DNA of 64,000 nucleotides from Betaproteobacteria bacterium (GCA_009924455.1 RFRO01000001.1:1145-65144); one strand, 5' to 3'; shown: positions 24,110-34,028, numbered from the stretch's first letter. The notes: generated by a model from the sequence alone, not told the origin. Numbers and translations are program-made.

Positions 24110-25648
24110 ATGAATTTGTTTCTCGCGCTGCGGGCTGCTTTCCCCGCCGATTTGGATGCGGTTGCGGTGCAAACCGAAGAGGGCCTGGCCTACACCTGGC
24201 GTGACCTGGACCGGGCCACCGCCATGGTGGCCAACCTGCTCGATTCTCTGGACCTGCCGGCGGACTCCCGGGTTGCGGTGCAGGTGGAAAAATCGGTGGA
24301 GGCCATGGTGGTCTACCTGGCCACTTTGCGTGCCGGGCTGGTGTACCTGCCGCTGAATACGGCCTACCAAAGTGCGGAGCTGGATTACTTCATCGAGAAC
24401 GCCGCTCCGGCGGTGGTGGTGTGCGCATCCGCGCGCTTCGGGGCAATCAGCAAGCAGGCTTTCGCGCGGGGCGTGCAATATGTCTTCACCCTTAACGAGG
24501 ACCGCACCGGCAGCCTCTTGGAGCGCGCGGCCCAGCACAGCGATGTGCACCAGCCCGCCACGCGAAAGCCCCAGGATCTGGCTGCCATTTTGTATACCAG
24601 CGGTACCACGGGCCGCAGCAAAGGCGCGATGCTCAGCCATGGCAATTTGCTCAGCAATGCCCGGGTGCTCAAAGATTACTGGGGTTGGCAGCGCGGCGAC
24701 GTGCTGATTCACGCGCTGCCCATCTTCCACGTGCACGGTTTGTTTGTGGCGATCCATGGCGCGCTGCTCAACGGCAGCAAGATGTTGTGGATGGACCGCT
24801 TTGAACCGCGCCGGGCGATTGCCTTGATGGCCCAGGCGACGGTCTTTATGGGTGTTCCCACCCTGTACACGCGCATGCTCAGCGAGCCGGCCCTGGATCG
24901 CAAGGCCACGGCCGGTATGCGCCTCTTTATTGTCGGATCAGCCCCCTTGCTGCTGGAGACTTTTGTGTCCTGGCAGGAGCGCACCGGCCACACCATTTTG
25001 GAGCGCTATGGCATGAGCGAGACGCTGATGCTGACCTCCAACCCCTACCTGCCAAACGGTATCGGCAAACCCACGGCCCGCCGGGGCGGCACCGTGGGCT
25101 TGCCCCTGCCGGGTTTGCGCCTGCGCGTCGGTGGTCCGGATGGCCGCGCCTTGCCCACGGGAGAGGTTGGGGGGATCGAGGTCAGCGGGCCCAGCGTTTT
25201 CTCGGGCTACTGGCGCATGCCGGAGAAGACTGCTGAAGAGTTCACCGCTGACGGTTTTTTCAAAACCGGTGATGTGGGCTTGATTGACGCCCAAGGTTTT
25301 GTGAGCATTGTGGGGCGCAGCAAAGACCTGTACATCAGCGGTGGGTACAACGTGTACCCGGCGGAAATCGAGGGCTTTATGAATGCCCTGCCCGGCGTGG
25401 CGGAAACCGCCATCGTGGGCGTGCCGGATCCGGATTTTGGTGAGGTCGGCGTGGCCGTGGTGATTGCCAAACCCGGCGTTGAATTGCAGGCCGCCGATTT
25501 GTTGGCCCAACTCAAAACGCAGGTCGCGCGGTTCAAAGTCCCCAAGCGCTGTTACGTGGTGGCGGAACTCCCCCGCAACGCCATGGGCAAAGTGCAAAAA
25601 AACCTGTTGCGCGCGCGCTACAAGACGGAGAAAGGCGAGGCACCGTAA
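24110..25648 (+). CDS. matB: Malonyl-CoA synthetase (MatB-type acyl-CoA ligase)
   Basis: [36 protein letters not shown]. Confidence 0.88.
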   Translation: MNLFLALRAAFPADLDAVAVQTEEGLAYTWRDLDRATAMVANLLDSLDLPADSRVAVQVEKSVEAMVVYLATLRAGLVYLPLNTAYQSAELDYFIENAAPAVVVCASARFGAISKQAFARGVQYVFTLNEDRTGSLLERAAQHSDVHQPATRKPQDLAAILYTSGTTGRSKGAMLSHGNLLSNARVLKDYWGWQRGDVLIHALPIFHVHGLFVAIHGALLNGSKMLWMDRFEPRRAIALMAQATVFMGVPTLYTRMLSEPALDRKATAGMRLFIVGSAPLLLETFVSWQERTGHTILERYGMSETLMLTSNPYLPNGIGKPTARRGGTVGLPLPGLRLRVGGPDGRALPTGEVGGIEVSGPSVFSGYWRMPEKTAEEFTADGFFKTGDVGLIDAQGFVSIVGRSKDLYISGGYNVYPAEIEGFMNALPGVAETAIVGVPDPDFGEVGVAVVIAKPGVELQAADLLAQLKTQVARFKVPKRCYVVAELPRNAMGKVQKNLLRARYKTEKGEAP

Positions 25649-25663
25649 CCGGTGGGGCCTGCT

Positions 25664-26707
25664 ATGAAGCAAAACGTCCTGATCGTCGACGACACCCCGC
25701 TCAATCTGAACCTGCTGGTCACGATTGCCAACAAACTCGACGGCTGCGAAGCCCGCGGTTTCACGGACCCCTTAGCGGCATTGGGGTGGGTTGCCAACAA
25801 CCCGGTGGGTTTGATCGTGGTCGATTACATGATGCCCGACCTCAATGGCCTGCAGTTCATCGCCCGTGTCCGCAGCCTGCCTGGGACGCGCGACACGCCC
25901 ATCGTGATGATCACCGCCAACGAAGACAAAGGCATTTGCTACGAGGCCCTGGAAACCGGTGCCAGCGACTTTCTCGCCAAGCCGCTGGACCCCTTGGAGT
26001 TTTTGGCCCGTGCCAAGCACATGTTGGCGCTCAGCGCGGCCCAGCATGCTTTGGCCGACCGAGCGGCCTGGCTGGCTGCGGAAGTGGAGCGGGCGACGGC
26101 CGATATCCGCTCGCGCGAACGCGAAACGCTGGTGTATCTGGCCAAGGTCGCCGAATTCCGCGACGGGACCACCTCCGCACACATCCAGCGCATGGCCCAC
26201 TATGCCCAATTGATTGCCAAGGGGCTGGGTTTAGAGCCTGCAGAACAGGAACTGCTGGTAGACGCATCGCCCATGCATGACATCGGCAAGGTGGCGATTC
26301 CGGACCGCATCCTACTCAAGGCCGGCCAGCTGGAGCCGGACGAGTTTGAGATCATGAAAAGCCATCCGGCGTATGGCTACGAGCTGCTGCGCAACAGCCA
26401 GTCACGCGTGCTGCGGGCGGGCGCTGAAATCGCCTACAGCCACCACGAAAAATTTGACGGTACCGGTTACCCCCAAGGGCTGGCGGGCGAGGCGATTCCC
26501 CTGCATGGACGCATCGTTGCGGTGGCGGATGTCTTCGATGCGCTGACCTCAGAGCGGCCCTACAAAAACGCCTGGACCCTGGAAGCGGCGGTCGACTATT
26601 TGCGCGCAGGTTCCGGGACGCATTTCGATCCGCAATGTGTTGAAGCATTGCTCAGCCAATGGCCCGATGTCTTGCGCGTCAAGGAGCAATTCAGCGACCA
26701 TGGCTGA
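25664..26707 (+). CDS. Response regulator with HD-GYP c-di-GMP phosphodiesterase domain (RpfG-like)
   Basis: REC domain (IVDD, DYMMP, KP) plus HDIGK, HHEKFDGTGYP, DVFDALTSERPYK. Confidence 0.92.
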   Translation: MKQNVLIVDDTPLNLNLLVTIANKLDGCEARGFTDPLAALGWVANNPVGLIVVDYMMPDLNGLQFIARVRSLPGTRDTPIVMITANEDKGICYEALETGASDFLAKPLDPLEFLARAKHMLALSAAQHALADRAAWLAAEVERATADIRSRERETLVYLAKVAEFRDGTTSAHIQRMAHYAQLIAKGLGLEPAEQELLVDASPMHDIGKVAIPDRILLKAGQLEPDEFEIMKSHPAYGYELLRNSQSRVLRAGAEIAYSHHEKFDGTGYPQGLAGEAIPLHGRIVAVADVFDALTSERPYKNAWTLEAAVDYLRAGSGTHFDPQCVEALLSQWPDVLRVKEQFSDHG

Positions 26708-27572
26708 TTCTTCGCCAGCGCCGCTGCGCTGGGCTCTGTGGCTTCTTCTGTTCTGCTGCTGTGCGTCCGTCGGGGCGGCGTCGCCGGGCCCGGAGCTCCA
26801 TCTGCGCAAGCCTGCGCCTCCCGGTAACGAGGGCCTGTGCGCCGATTGGGCCTACCGGGTTCCCTTGGTCACACCTGCCCGCTGCATGCGCGCCAACCTC
26901 GAGGCGGCTGCGCAGCGCACGGTCCAAGGGCGCCGGATTTACCACCGTGACATGCGCAATCCCGATGCTGCCATCCGGGTGCTCGTGGTGGGCGGTATGC
27001 ACGGTGACGAGTTGTCATCTACCGCCTTGGCCTTGCAATGGATCGAGCAGGCGCAGAGCACCGGCTCCAATGTGCAATGGCGCTTCATTCCCATGCTCAA
27101 CCCGGACGGCGTGTTCGCCAAACCATCTCGCCGAACCAACGCGCATGGGGTGGACCTGAACCGCAACTTCCCCACACCGGACTGGAAGCGCGAGGCGGCG
27201 TTTTACTGGGAGCAGCGTACCCGGCGCGATCCCCGCCGCTGGCCCGGGCCGCATCCGCTGTCGGAGCCCGAGTCGCGTTACCTCGATGCGCAGATGCGCG
27301 AATTCAAGCCCCATCTCATCGTCAGCATCCACGCGCCCTATGGCTTGCTTGACTACGACGGCCCCAGCACCCCGCCGCCCAAACTCGGGCGCTTGTACCT
27401 GGACCAGGTGGGAATTTTCCCTGGCAGTTTGGGTAATTACGGTGGCGTTCAGCAAGGCATGCCCGTGGTCACTATCGAGTTGCCCAACGCCTTGCAGGCA
27501 CCGGGCGAGGCCGAGACCCGCCAGATGTGGATCGATCTGCTGCGCTGGATTGCCGAACACATCAAGGCCTGA
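26700..27572 (+). CDS. M14 zinc carboxypeptidase, MpaA-like murein peptide amidase
   Basis: HGDE, NPDG, RTNAHGVDLNRNF, SIH, TIELP; N-terminal hydrophobic segment. Confidence 0.85.
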   Translation: MADSSPAPLRWALWLLLFCCCASVGAASPGPELHLRKPAPPGNEGLCADWAYRVPLVTPARCMRANLEAAAQRTVQGRRIYHRDMRNPDAAIRVLVVGGMHGDELSSTALALQWIEQAQSTGSNVQWRFIPMLNPDGVFAKPSRRTNAHGVDLNRNFPTPDWKREAAFYWEQRTRRDPRRWPGPHPLSEPESRYLDAQMREFKPHLIVSIHAPYGLLDYDGPSTPPPKLGRLYLDQVGIFPGSLGNYGGVQQGMPVVTIELPNALQAPGEAETRQMWIDLLRWIAEHIKA

Positions 27573-27599
27573 TAAGCGCAAGGGCGTAAGCTCCGTTCC

Positions 27600-29900
27600 A
27601 TGGCTGTACCCGAAACCGATCTCGCGCTCCTGGATGACCCCGCCGAGTGGGGCGCGTTCAGCGTAGCCATCACGCCGGCCACCGCGCAGGCGCCGGCGGT
27701 GTGGGAGTCCAGCGTCGTGATTGAGGGCATGCATTGCGCCAATTGCGCCGGTACGGTGGAGGCGGCCGTATTGCGCACCCCCGGCGTACTGTCGGCGCAG
27801 GTCAGTGCAGCCAGCCACCGCGCGGCGGTGCGCTGGCAGCAGGGTGTAGCCGCGCCTTCGGCGTGGATGGCCCATATTCAGCAGGCCGGTTACGGTGTGT
27901 TGCCCGCGCTCGATGTGCACGCGGTGGCGGCGCGCATGCGGGAAAAGCGCCTTGCCCTGTGGCGCTGGGCGGTGGCCGGCTTGTGCAGCATGCAGGTCAT
28001 GATGTACGCCTATCCCGCGTATTTTTCTAATGCAGGTGACGTGACGCCCGAGATGGAGCAACTGCTGCGCTGGGCGTCTTGGGTGCTGACCCTGCCGGTT
28101 TTGGTGTTCTCGTGCAGCCCGTACTTTGCCAGTGCGTGGCGCGATCTGCGGGCCCGGCGCATCGGCATGGATGTCCCGGTGGCCATCGGCATTGCCATCA
28201 CCTTTGTCACCAGCAGCTGGGGCACTTTTGACCGCGCCAGCGTCTTCGGCGCCACTGTGTATTTCGACTCGCTCACCATGTTCGTGTTTTTTCTGCTTAG
28301 CGGCCGGGCCTTGGAGCTGCGCTTGCGGGACCGTACCGCGGGTGCCTTGGAGGCGCTGATCAACCGCATGCCGCAAAGCGTAGAGCGCTGCCTGGCTGGC
28401 GACGCAAGCGAACGCATTGCCGCGCGCTGGCTGGCAGTGGGTGACCGCATGCGCGTGCGCGCCGGTGACGTATTTGCCGCCGATGGCGTGATCGAGTCTG
28501 GCAGCACCGAGGTCGACGAGGCCTTGCTCAGCGGCGAGTCGCGGCCTTTGCTGCGCGGTGTGGGCGACGCGGTGCTGGCGGGCAGCAACAACCTCAGCGG
28601 CACCGTGGTCTGCCGCGTGACACAAGTGGGCGGCAGCACCCGCTACGCCGAAATTGCCGCGCTGATGGTCGCCGCGTCCACCACCAAGCCCGATATCGCT
28701 GCGCTGGCGGACCGCATTGCGCGCCCGTTCCTGATCATTGTTTTGTTATTGGCAGCCGGTGCGGGAGCCTGGTGGTGGATGGTGGATCCGCAGCGCGGCG
28801 TGATGACGGCGGTGGCGATTCTGGTGGTCACCTGCCCCTGCGCGCTCTCGCTTGCCACGCCCACCGCCATGCTGGCCGCCGCCGGGGCGCTGGCGCGCGC
28901 AGGCGTCCTGGTGCGCAAGCTGGGGGCGATTGAAGTGTTGGCGCGGGTGGACACTTTTGTGTTTGACAAAACCGGCACCTTGACCGGCGACAGCTTGGCG
29001 TTGGTCGCTACCGAGTGCCGCGCAGGCGTTGAAGCGCAGGCAGCGTTGGCGGTGGCGGTAGCGCTGGCGCAGCACTCGCTGCACCCGGCCTCGCGTTCGC
29101 TGGTGCGCGCGCTGGCACCGGACCCGCAGGCGCCCCTGCTGCGCTGCACGATGGTCAAAGAGTCCGCGGGGCAGGGCGTTCAAGGCGTTTTGTGGGAGCG
29201 CGCCAGCGGCCAGTCGCCGCGCAACCTGGGCCCCTTGCGCCTCGGTTCGGCGGCCTGGTGTGGCGTGGACGCGGCGCAGGCTGACCATAGCGATGCTGCC
29301 GGTGTGCGGGTTTATGTGAGCGATGCGCAGGGTTGGCTGGCGACTTTTGTGCTGGGCGAAGCCTTGCGCCCCGGTGCTGCCGCCGTGGTGGCAGCCTTGC
29401 AAGCCCAGGGCGCGCAGGTCCAGCTTCTGTCGGGTGACCGCGCGGCCTCGGTGGCGGCGATTGCGCAGACTGTGGGCATAGCCACAGCGCAGGGCGATTG
29501 CAGTCCCGCTGACAAGTTGGCCGCCTTGCAGACCTTGCAAGCGCAGGGCCGTGTGGTGGCGATGGTCGGCGACGGCTTGAACGACACGCCGGCGCTGGCG
29601 GCGGCGGCGGTCTCTTTTGCGTTTTCGGCGACCGTCGCAGTGTCCCAGGTTCACGCGGATTTTGTGGTGCTGGGCCAGAGCCTGGACGCGGTGTTGCGCA
29701 CCCGGCAGTTGGCGCAGCGCACCATGGCCATCGTGCGGCAAAACCTGTGGTGGGCACTGCTCTACAACGCGGCCTGTGTGCCCGCCGCTGTCATGGGCTA
29801 CGTCTCGCCCTGGTTGGCGGGTCTGGGCATGGCCTTGAGTTCCTTGTTTGTCGTGCTCAACGCCTTGCGCCTGGCGCGCCAGGTGCAGGCGCCCGCCTGA
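27600..29900 (+). CDS. P1B heavy-metal ATPase, CcoI/FixI-type copper transporter
   Basis: GMHCANC, MQVMMYA, SGES, CPC, DKTGT, GDGLND, YN and MxxSS membrane ligands. Confidence 0.9.
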   Translation: MAVPETDLALLDDPAEWGAFSVAITPATAQAPAVWESSVVIEGMHCANCAGTVEAAVLRTPGVLSAQVSAASHRAAVRWQQGVAAPSAWMAHIQQAGYGVLPALDVHAVAARMREKRLALWRWAVAGLCSMQVMMYAYPAYFSNAGDVTPEMEQLLRWASWVLTLPVLVFSCSPYFASAWRDLRARRIGMDVPVAIGIAITFVTSSWGTFDRASVFGATVYFDSLTMFVFFLLSGRALELRLRDRTAGALEALINRMPQSVERCLAGDASERIAARWLAVGDRMRVRAGDVFAADGVIESGSTEVDEALLSGESRPLLRGVGDAVLAGSNNLSGTVVCRVTQVGGSTRYAEIAALMVAASTTKPDIAALADRIARPFLIIVLLLAAGAGAWWWMVDPQRGVMTAVAILVVTCPCALSLATPTAMLAAAGALARAGVLVRKLGAIEVLARVDTFVFDKTGTLTGDSLALVATECRAGVEAQAALAVAVALAQHSLHPASRSLVRALAPDPQAPLLRCTMVKESAGQGVQGVLWERASGQSPRNLGPLRLGSAAWCGVDAAQADHSDAAGVRVYVSDAQGWLATFVLGEALRPGAAAVVAALQAQGAQVQLLSGDRAASVAAIAQTVGIATAQGDCSPADKLAALQTLQAQGRVVAMVGDGLNDTPALAAAAVSFAFSATVAVSQVHADFVVLGQSLDAVLRTRQLAQRTMAIVRQNLWWALLYNAACVPAAVMGYVSPWLAGLGMALSSLFVVLNALRLARQVQAPA

Positions 29901-29940
29901 CACGTCGGCGGTTTGAACGATTCTCTGTAGGCTTCTCGCT

Positions 29941-30978
29941 ATGTCTGCTGCAATTTCCTCTGAGCCGGTAAACGGCATGGCCATCAGCCTGAAGGACGTG
30001 GGCGCTGCAGCGGCGCATTGGCATCCGGTGCTCGACAGTGCCGCTCTGCGGGACGCACCGCAGGCGGTCCAGTTGATGGACCACGCCCTGGTGCTGTGGC
30101 GCGACGCACAGGGTCAGCTCCATGCCTGGGCGGACCGGTGTCCGCACCGGGGCGCGCGCCTCTCGCTGGGCAGGGTCTGCGACGGGCAGCTGGAGTGCGC
30201 CTACCACGGCTGGCGTTTTGCGGATTCGGGGCGCTGTGTGCATGTGCCGGCCGTGCCGGAATTTGTGCCACCTGCGGGCCACAGCGCGCAGGTTTTTGCC
30301 GCGCAAGAGGCCTATGGCTTGGTCTGGGTTCGTTTGGTGGAGGGACCGCACAGCCTGCCGCTGTTTGCCGCCGAGAGCGATGCCGGTTTGCGCAAGGTCC
30401 ATTGCGGCCCCTATGACGTGGCGACCAGCTCGCCGCGCATCGTGGAGAATTTTTTGGACATGGCGCACTTCGGCTTTGTGCACGCGGGCTGGCTGGGCGA
30501 ACGCGGCCGCAGCGCGATTGCCGATTACACCGTGCAAGCCACGGCAACCGGCCTTCTGGCCACCAACTGCTGGGCCTGGCAGCCCCAGTCCCATGTGCAT
30601 GCGACGCAGGGCACGATGGTGGAATACCGCTACGAGGTCACCGCGCCCTATGCAGCCGTGTTGACCAAAGTACCGCAGCCGGAAACGGCCGCAGCGGCTG
30701 CGTGGCGTGAATCGATTGCGATTTTTATCTGTCCGGTGACGGCCGAGCGCAGCCGGGTCTGGTTCCGTCTGGCGGTGGTCGACTTTGATTCGCCTGACAG
30801 CGCGTTACAGGCTTTTCAGAACACCATCTTCACGCAGGATCAGCCGGTGCTGGAGTCGCAAAGCCCGCGCCGCTTGCCGCTGGATCCGCGCGCCGAGGTG
30901 CATACGGTGGCGGACAAGGCCTCTGCCGCGTACCGGCGCTTTTTGCAGGGAGCCGAAATCACCTACGGGACCTGTTGA
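29941..30978 (+). CDS. Rieske non-heme iron oxygenase alpha subunit (VanA/NdmA/HpxD-like)
   Basis: Rieske ligands CPHR...CAYHG; mononuclear Fe motif ENFLDMAHFGFVH and distal QD. Confidence 0.9.
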   Translation: MSAAISSEPVNGMAISLKDVGAAAAHWHPVLDSAALRDAPQAVQLMDHALVLWRDAQGQLHAWADRCPHRGARLSLGRVCDGQLECAYHGWRFADSGRCVHVPAVPEFVPPAGHSAQVFAAQEAYGLVWVRLVEGPHSLPLFAAESDAGLRKVHCGPYDVATSSPRIVENFLDMAHFGFVHAGWLGERGRSAIADYTVQATATGLLATNCWAWQPQSHVHATQGTMVEYRYEVTAPYAAVLTKVPQPETAAAAAWRESIAIFICPVTAERSRVWFRLAVVDFDSPDSALQAFQNTIFTQDQPVLESQSPRRLPLDPRAEVHTVADKASAAYRRFLQGAEITYGTC

Positions 30979-31000
30979 CGCTGCGCGGGCAGCGGCGGCT

Positions 31001-31810
31001 TCACGCCAACTCCGGGTAACCCAGGGCCTGCGCCTGCAGGCGCATCTCGACACAGACCTCGTAGGTATGCAGCGGCACGGTCTGGAAGCCGGTGATTCCC
31101 AGCTCTGCCAATACACCTGCAGCTGCCGGGTCGCGCACCAGGGCCGCCAGCACCCTTTGCAAGGCCTGCAATTCGGCGGCGCTGGTGGATGGTCCGGTGA
31201 TCAGCGGCAAGCCCGGATAGGCCTGGGTTTGGCCTATGGTGCACAGGCCGGCCACCGTCTGCGGCAGGTTGCGTTGCAGCCCGGCCAAAGTGACGCAGTC
31301 GATCGCCGCAAGATCGGCGCGTCCATCTTGTACCGCCGCCATCGATGCCGCGTGGCTACCCGTGGCGATAAGGTCCCCGAAAAATCGGCCACCCTGTGAT
31401 AGCGGCGCAACCGCCGCGCGCAAGGCGTTGTAGCCGGATTGCGAATCGTCTGAATTGAATGCCACCCGCATGCCGCGAAAGTCGGCCAGGGTGCGCCCGG
31501 TGTGTTCGGCGCGCGCCACCAATTGGCTGCGGCAAAAAATGCCTTCACAGCCCGGTGCGTCGTAGCGGAAAACGCCGACCAGTTGCACGGTCTCAGCCAA
31601 CGCGTGGGTGAGGGGATAGCCGCAGGTCTGGCTGAGCAGCAGCTGCGGGTCACGCCAGTGCGCCAGGAGGTCGTCAGGCCAATCCAGCGCCTGCGGCACA
31701 CCCGTGCAACCGGTTTCCATGAGCCGTGTTCGCACAACGTCCCACAGCGACAGCACCGCCTGGCGGTTGCTCAGGTACATGGGCAGCGCGACGCTGCGCA
31801 CGCCCGTCAT
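31001..31810 (-). CDS. PhnD/SsuA-fold substrate-binding-like protein lacking a signal peptide
   Basis: SQTCGYP, DSQSGY, TGSH..S..AV..GRADLAAID; no hydrophobic N-terminal leader. Confidence 0.8.
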   Translation of the reverse strand: MTGVRSVALPMYLSNRQAVLSLWDVVRTRLMETGCTGVPQALDWPDDLLAHWRDPQLLLSQTCGYPLTHALAETVQLVGVFRYDAPGCEGIFCRSQLVARAEHTGRTLADFRGMRVAFNSDDSQSGYNALRAAVAPLSQGGRFFGDLIATGSHAASMAAVQDGRADLAAIDCVTLAGLQRNLPQTVAGLCTIGQTQAYPGLPLITGPSTSAAELQALQRVLAALVRDPAAAGVLAELGITGFQTVPLHTYEVCVEMRLQAQALGYPELA

Positions 31811-32775
31811 GCGGCGCTGTCCTGGCGCGCCAGCTCCCGGGTCGCTTGGCCGGGCGTGTCCACGGGAGTGAACAGGTGGCGCAGAAAAAATCGGTTGTAG
31901 CCAGGAATCAGAAATCCGCCGGTGCCATTAACGAAGCGGTCCCGCTCGGCGCGGTAGGCGGCTGGAATTGCGAACCAGGGCAGGCCCGGTCGTGCGTGGT
32001 GCACCGCATGGTAGTTGTTGTTGAGATAGAGCAAACGCCAGAACCAGCCGGCCTCATTCACCACGATACGGTGCGCCGGCCGGGCCGCCGGGCGGTGCTC
32101 GTACAGCGAGCGCAGGCAGGCCAGGCCCAGCGCGAAATAGCCGCAGAGCAGGTACACCCACATCGGCATGCCGGTGCCCGCGTGAACACCCCACAGCACA
32201 AGTGCGAGCAAGCCCAGGTGCTGGGCCCAGCTCCAGGCCTTGGCCCCCTTGCGCCAGGTTGCGGACCGCACCATGTCTTGAAGCAAATGGGCGATGGCAA
32301 AGGCCGGCGTGATGCACAGGCGCCCCAACGCCGTGCGCTGCGCTACCAACAAAGCACGCATGGGCGCGCTGCATCCGGCAAAGTCGGGTGGGTCCATGTA
32401 GTTGCTTTCGGGATCCTCGCCGGGGAAGGTCAGTAACTCGTCGCGGTGGTGCGCCAGGTGGCTGTCGCGGTAAATATCAAAGGGGTACCAGACGGCCAGT
32501 GGCATCAACCCAAACCAGCGGTTGAGGCGCGCCGAGCGCGTGGGGTGGCCGTGCACCAGCTCGTGCTGCAAGCTCATGTACCAGGCGCAGACCAGGGTCA
32601 ACATCAGCCAAGGGGCCACGCCGCCTTGAAGCGCATACCAAGCCATTGCTGCAATCCATAGCCCGTAGATGATCGCAATCAAGGCCCAGGTCGGCCACTC
32701 GGTTGGCGTGTGGCTGTCAGCGGAGGTGGTGGAATCGCGGAGCATGTCAATAAAGGGGTTCACCGCAGCCGGCAT
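31807..32775 (-). CDS. Membrane fatty acid desaturase-superfamily di-iron enzyme
   Basis: His boxes HELVH, HLAHH and HAVHH plus TM helices; start uncertain (32802, 32775 or 32745). Confidence 0.85.
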   Translation of the reverse strand: MPAAVNPFIDMLRDSTTSADSHTPTEWPTWALIAIIYGLWIAAMAWYALQGGVAPWLMLTLVCAWYMSLQHELVHGHPTRSARLNRWFGLMPLAVWYPFDIYRDSHLAHHRDELLTFPGEDPESNYMDPPDFAGCSAPMRALLVAQRTALGRLCITPAFAIAHLLQDMVRSATWRKGAKAWSWAQHLGLLALVLWGVHAGTGMPMWVYLLCGYFALGLACLRSLYEHRPAARPAHRIVVNEAGWFWRLLYLNNNYHAVHHARPGLPWFAIPAAYRAERDRFVNGTGGFLIPGYNRFFLRHLFTPVDTPGQATRELARQDSAA

Positions 32776-32832
32776 AGCGTTGGCGCGGCGCGATGCTAGC
32801 ACCGCCTGCAGTTCACTAAAATATCGATCATC

Positions 32833-32861
32833 AAGCCCGCGTCCCGGCGGGCTTTTTCTTT
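32833..32861 (+). promoter_or_regulatory. Terminator-like hairpin in the leader of the BMP gene (candidate attenuator)
   Basis: AAGCCCGC-GTCCCG-GCGGGCTT followed by TTTCTTT, between a TAAAAT -10 candidate (32817-22) and the ATG at 32892. Confidence 0.55.
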
Positions 32862-32891
32862 GTATTTTCCGGGGCCATGTAGAGGACTACC

Positions 32892-33992
32892 ATGTACAAA
32901 AACCTCGCAGCCACGCGCGTGGCGGCTTGTTTGCTGGCTTTTTTCGCGGGCTTTGCCGGCGCCCAATCCACCCCCGACGCGGCTCCGCCACTCAAAGCGG
33001 CATTCGTGTATGTCACGCCGGTCACCGACGCAGGCTGGGTTCATCAGCATGAGCTGGGTCGCCAGGCATTGCAAAAAGCGCTGGGTGACAAGGTGCAAAC
33101 CAGTTTTGTGGAAAGCGTGGCCGAGGGGCCGGACGCCGAGCGCGTGATCCGTGACCTGGCGCGCCAGGGCAACACCCTGATCTTCACCCCCAGCTTTGGC
33201 TACATGGAGCCCACCTTGTCGGTGGCGCGGGACTTCCCGAATGTGCGGTTTGAATCCATCACGGGTTACAAAACCGCAGCCAACGTCGCGGCTGCCAACG
33301 CCCGCTATTACGAGGGCCGTTATCTGGCAGGTATCGCCGCCGCACGCATGAGCAAAACCCATGTGGCCGGGTATGTGGCAGGTTTTCCGATTCCAGAGGT
33401 GGTGCAGGGCATCAACGCGTTCGCTTTGGGGATGCGTTCGGTGGACCCGCAGGCGACCGTTAAGCTGATCTGGCTCAACACCTGGTTTGACCCGGCGCGG
33501 GAGCGCGACGCGGCCATGACCTTGTTCAACCACGGCGCAGATGTGCTGGCGTTTCACACGGCCTCCACCGCTGTGATGGCAGCGGCCCAGGAGCGCGGCA
33601 AATGGGCGGTGGCCTACCACTCGGATATGCGCCATATCGCGCCCGACGCACAAATTCTGGCCGTGACCCACGAATGGGGCGCGTATTACACGGGCCGCGC
33701 CCGCGCGGCGCTCGATGGCAGCTGGAAAACCGGCAATGTCTGGGGCGGCGTCAAAGAGGGAATGGTCCAGGTGGGTAGCTTCGGTGCCAAAGTGCCCAAG
33801 GCGGTGCAAGATGAAGTGCTGGCGCGCCAACGCGACATCGCGTCCGGGCGTCTGCAACCCTTTCACGCCAGCGGCGCGGTGCGGGACAACGCCGGGCGCG
33901 TGGTGATTGCGGCTGGGCAAACGCTGACCGATCCGCAGATTCTGGGTATGGATTTTCTGGTCGAGGGCGTGCAGGGCAAAATCGCGCCCTAA
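32892..33992 (+). CDS. BMP family ABC transporter substrate-binding protein (nucleoside/purine type)
   Basis: Signal peptide; DAGW..H, SFGY, ARYYEGRYLAG, INAFALG, WFDP. Confidence 0.9.
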   Translation: MYKNLAATRVAACLLAFFAGFAGAQSTPDAAPPLKAAFVYVTPVTDAGWVHQHELGRQALQKALGDKVQTSFVESVAEGPDAERVIRDLARQGNTLIFTPSFGYMEPTLSVARDFPNVRFESITGYKTAANVAAANARYYEGRYLAGIAAARMSKTHVAGYVAGFPIPEVVQGINAFALGMRSVDPQATVKLIWLNTWFDPARERDAAMTLFNHGADVLAFHTASTAVMAAAQERGKWAVAYHSDMRHIAPDAQILAVTHEWGAYYTGRARAALDGSWKTGNVWGGVKEGMVQVGSFGAKVPKAVQDEVLARQRDIASGRLQPFHASGAVRDNAGRVVIAAGQTLTDPQILGMDFLVEGVQGKIAP

Positions 33993-34028
33993 CTTGCCGG
34001 ACACGGCCCTTGAACCGAGAAAGCGCGC

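Noticed and set aside
32780-32798. Sigma-54 promoter TGGCGCGGCGCGATGC for the BMP gene
   Set aside because: GG to GC spacing is 11 nt, not the required 10
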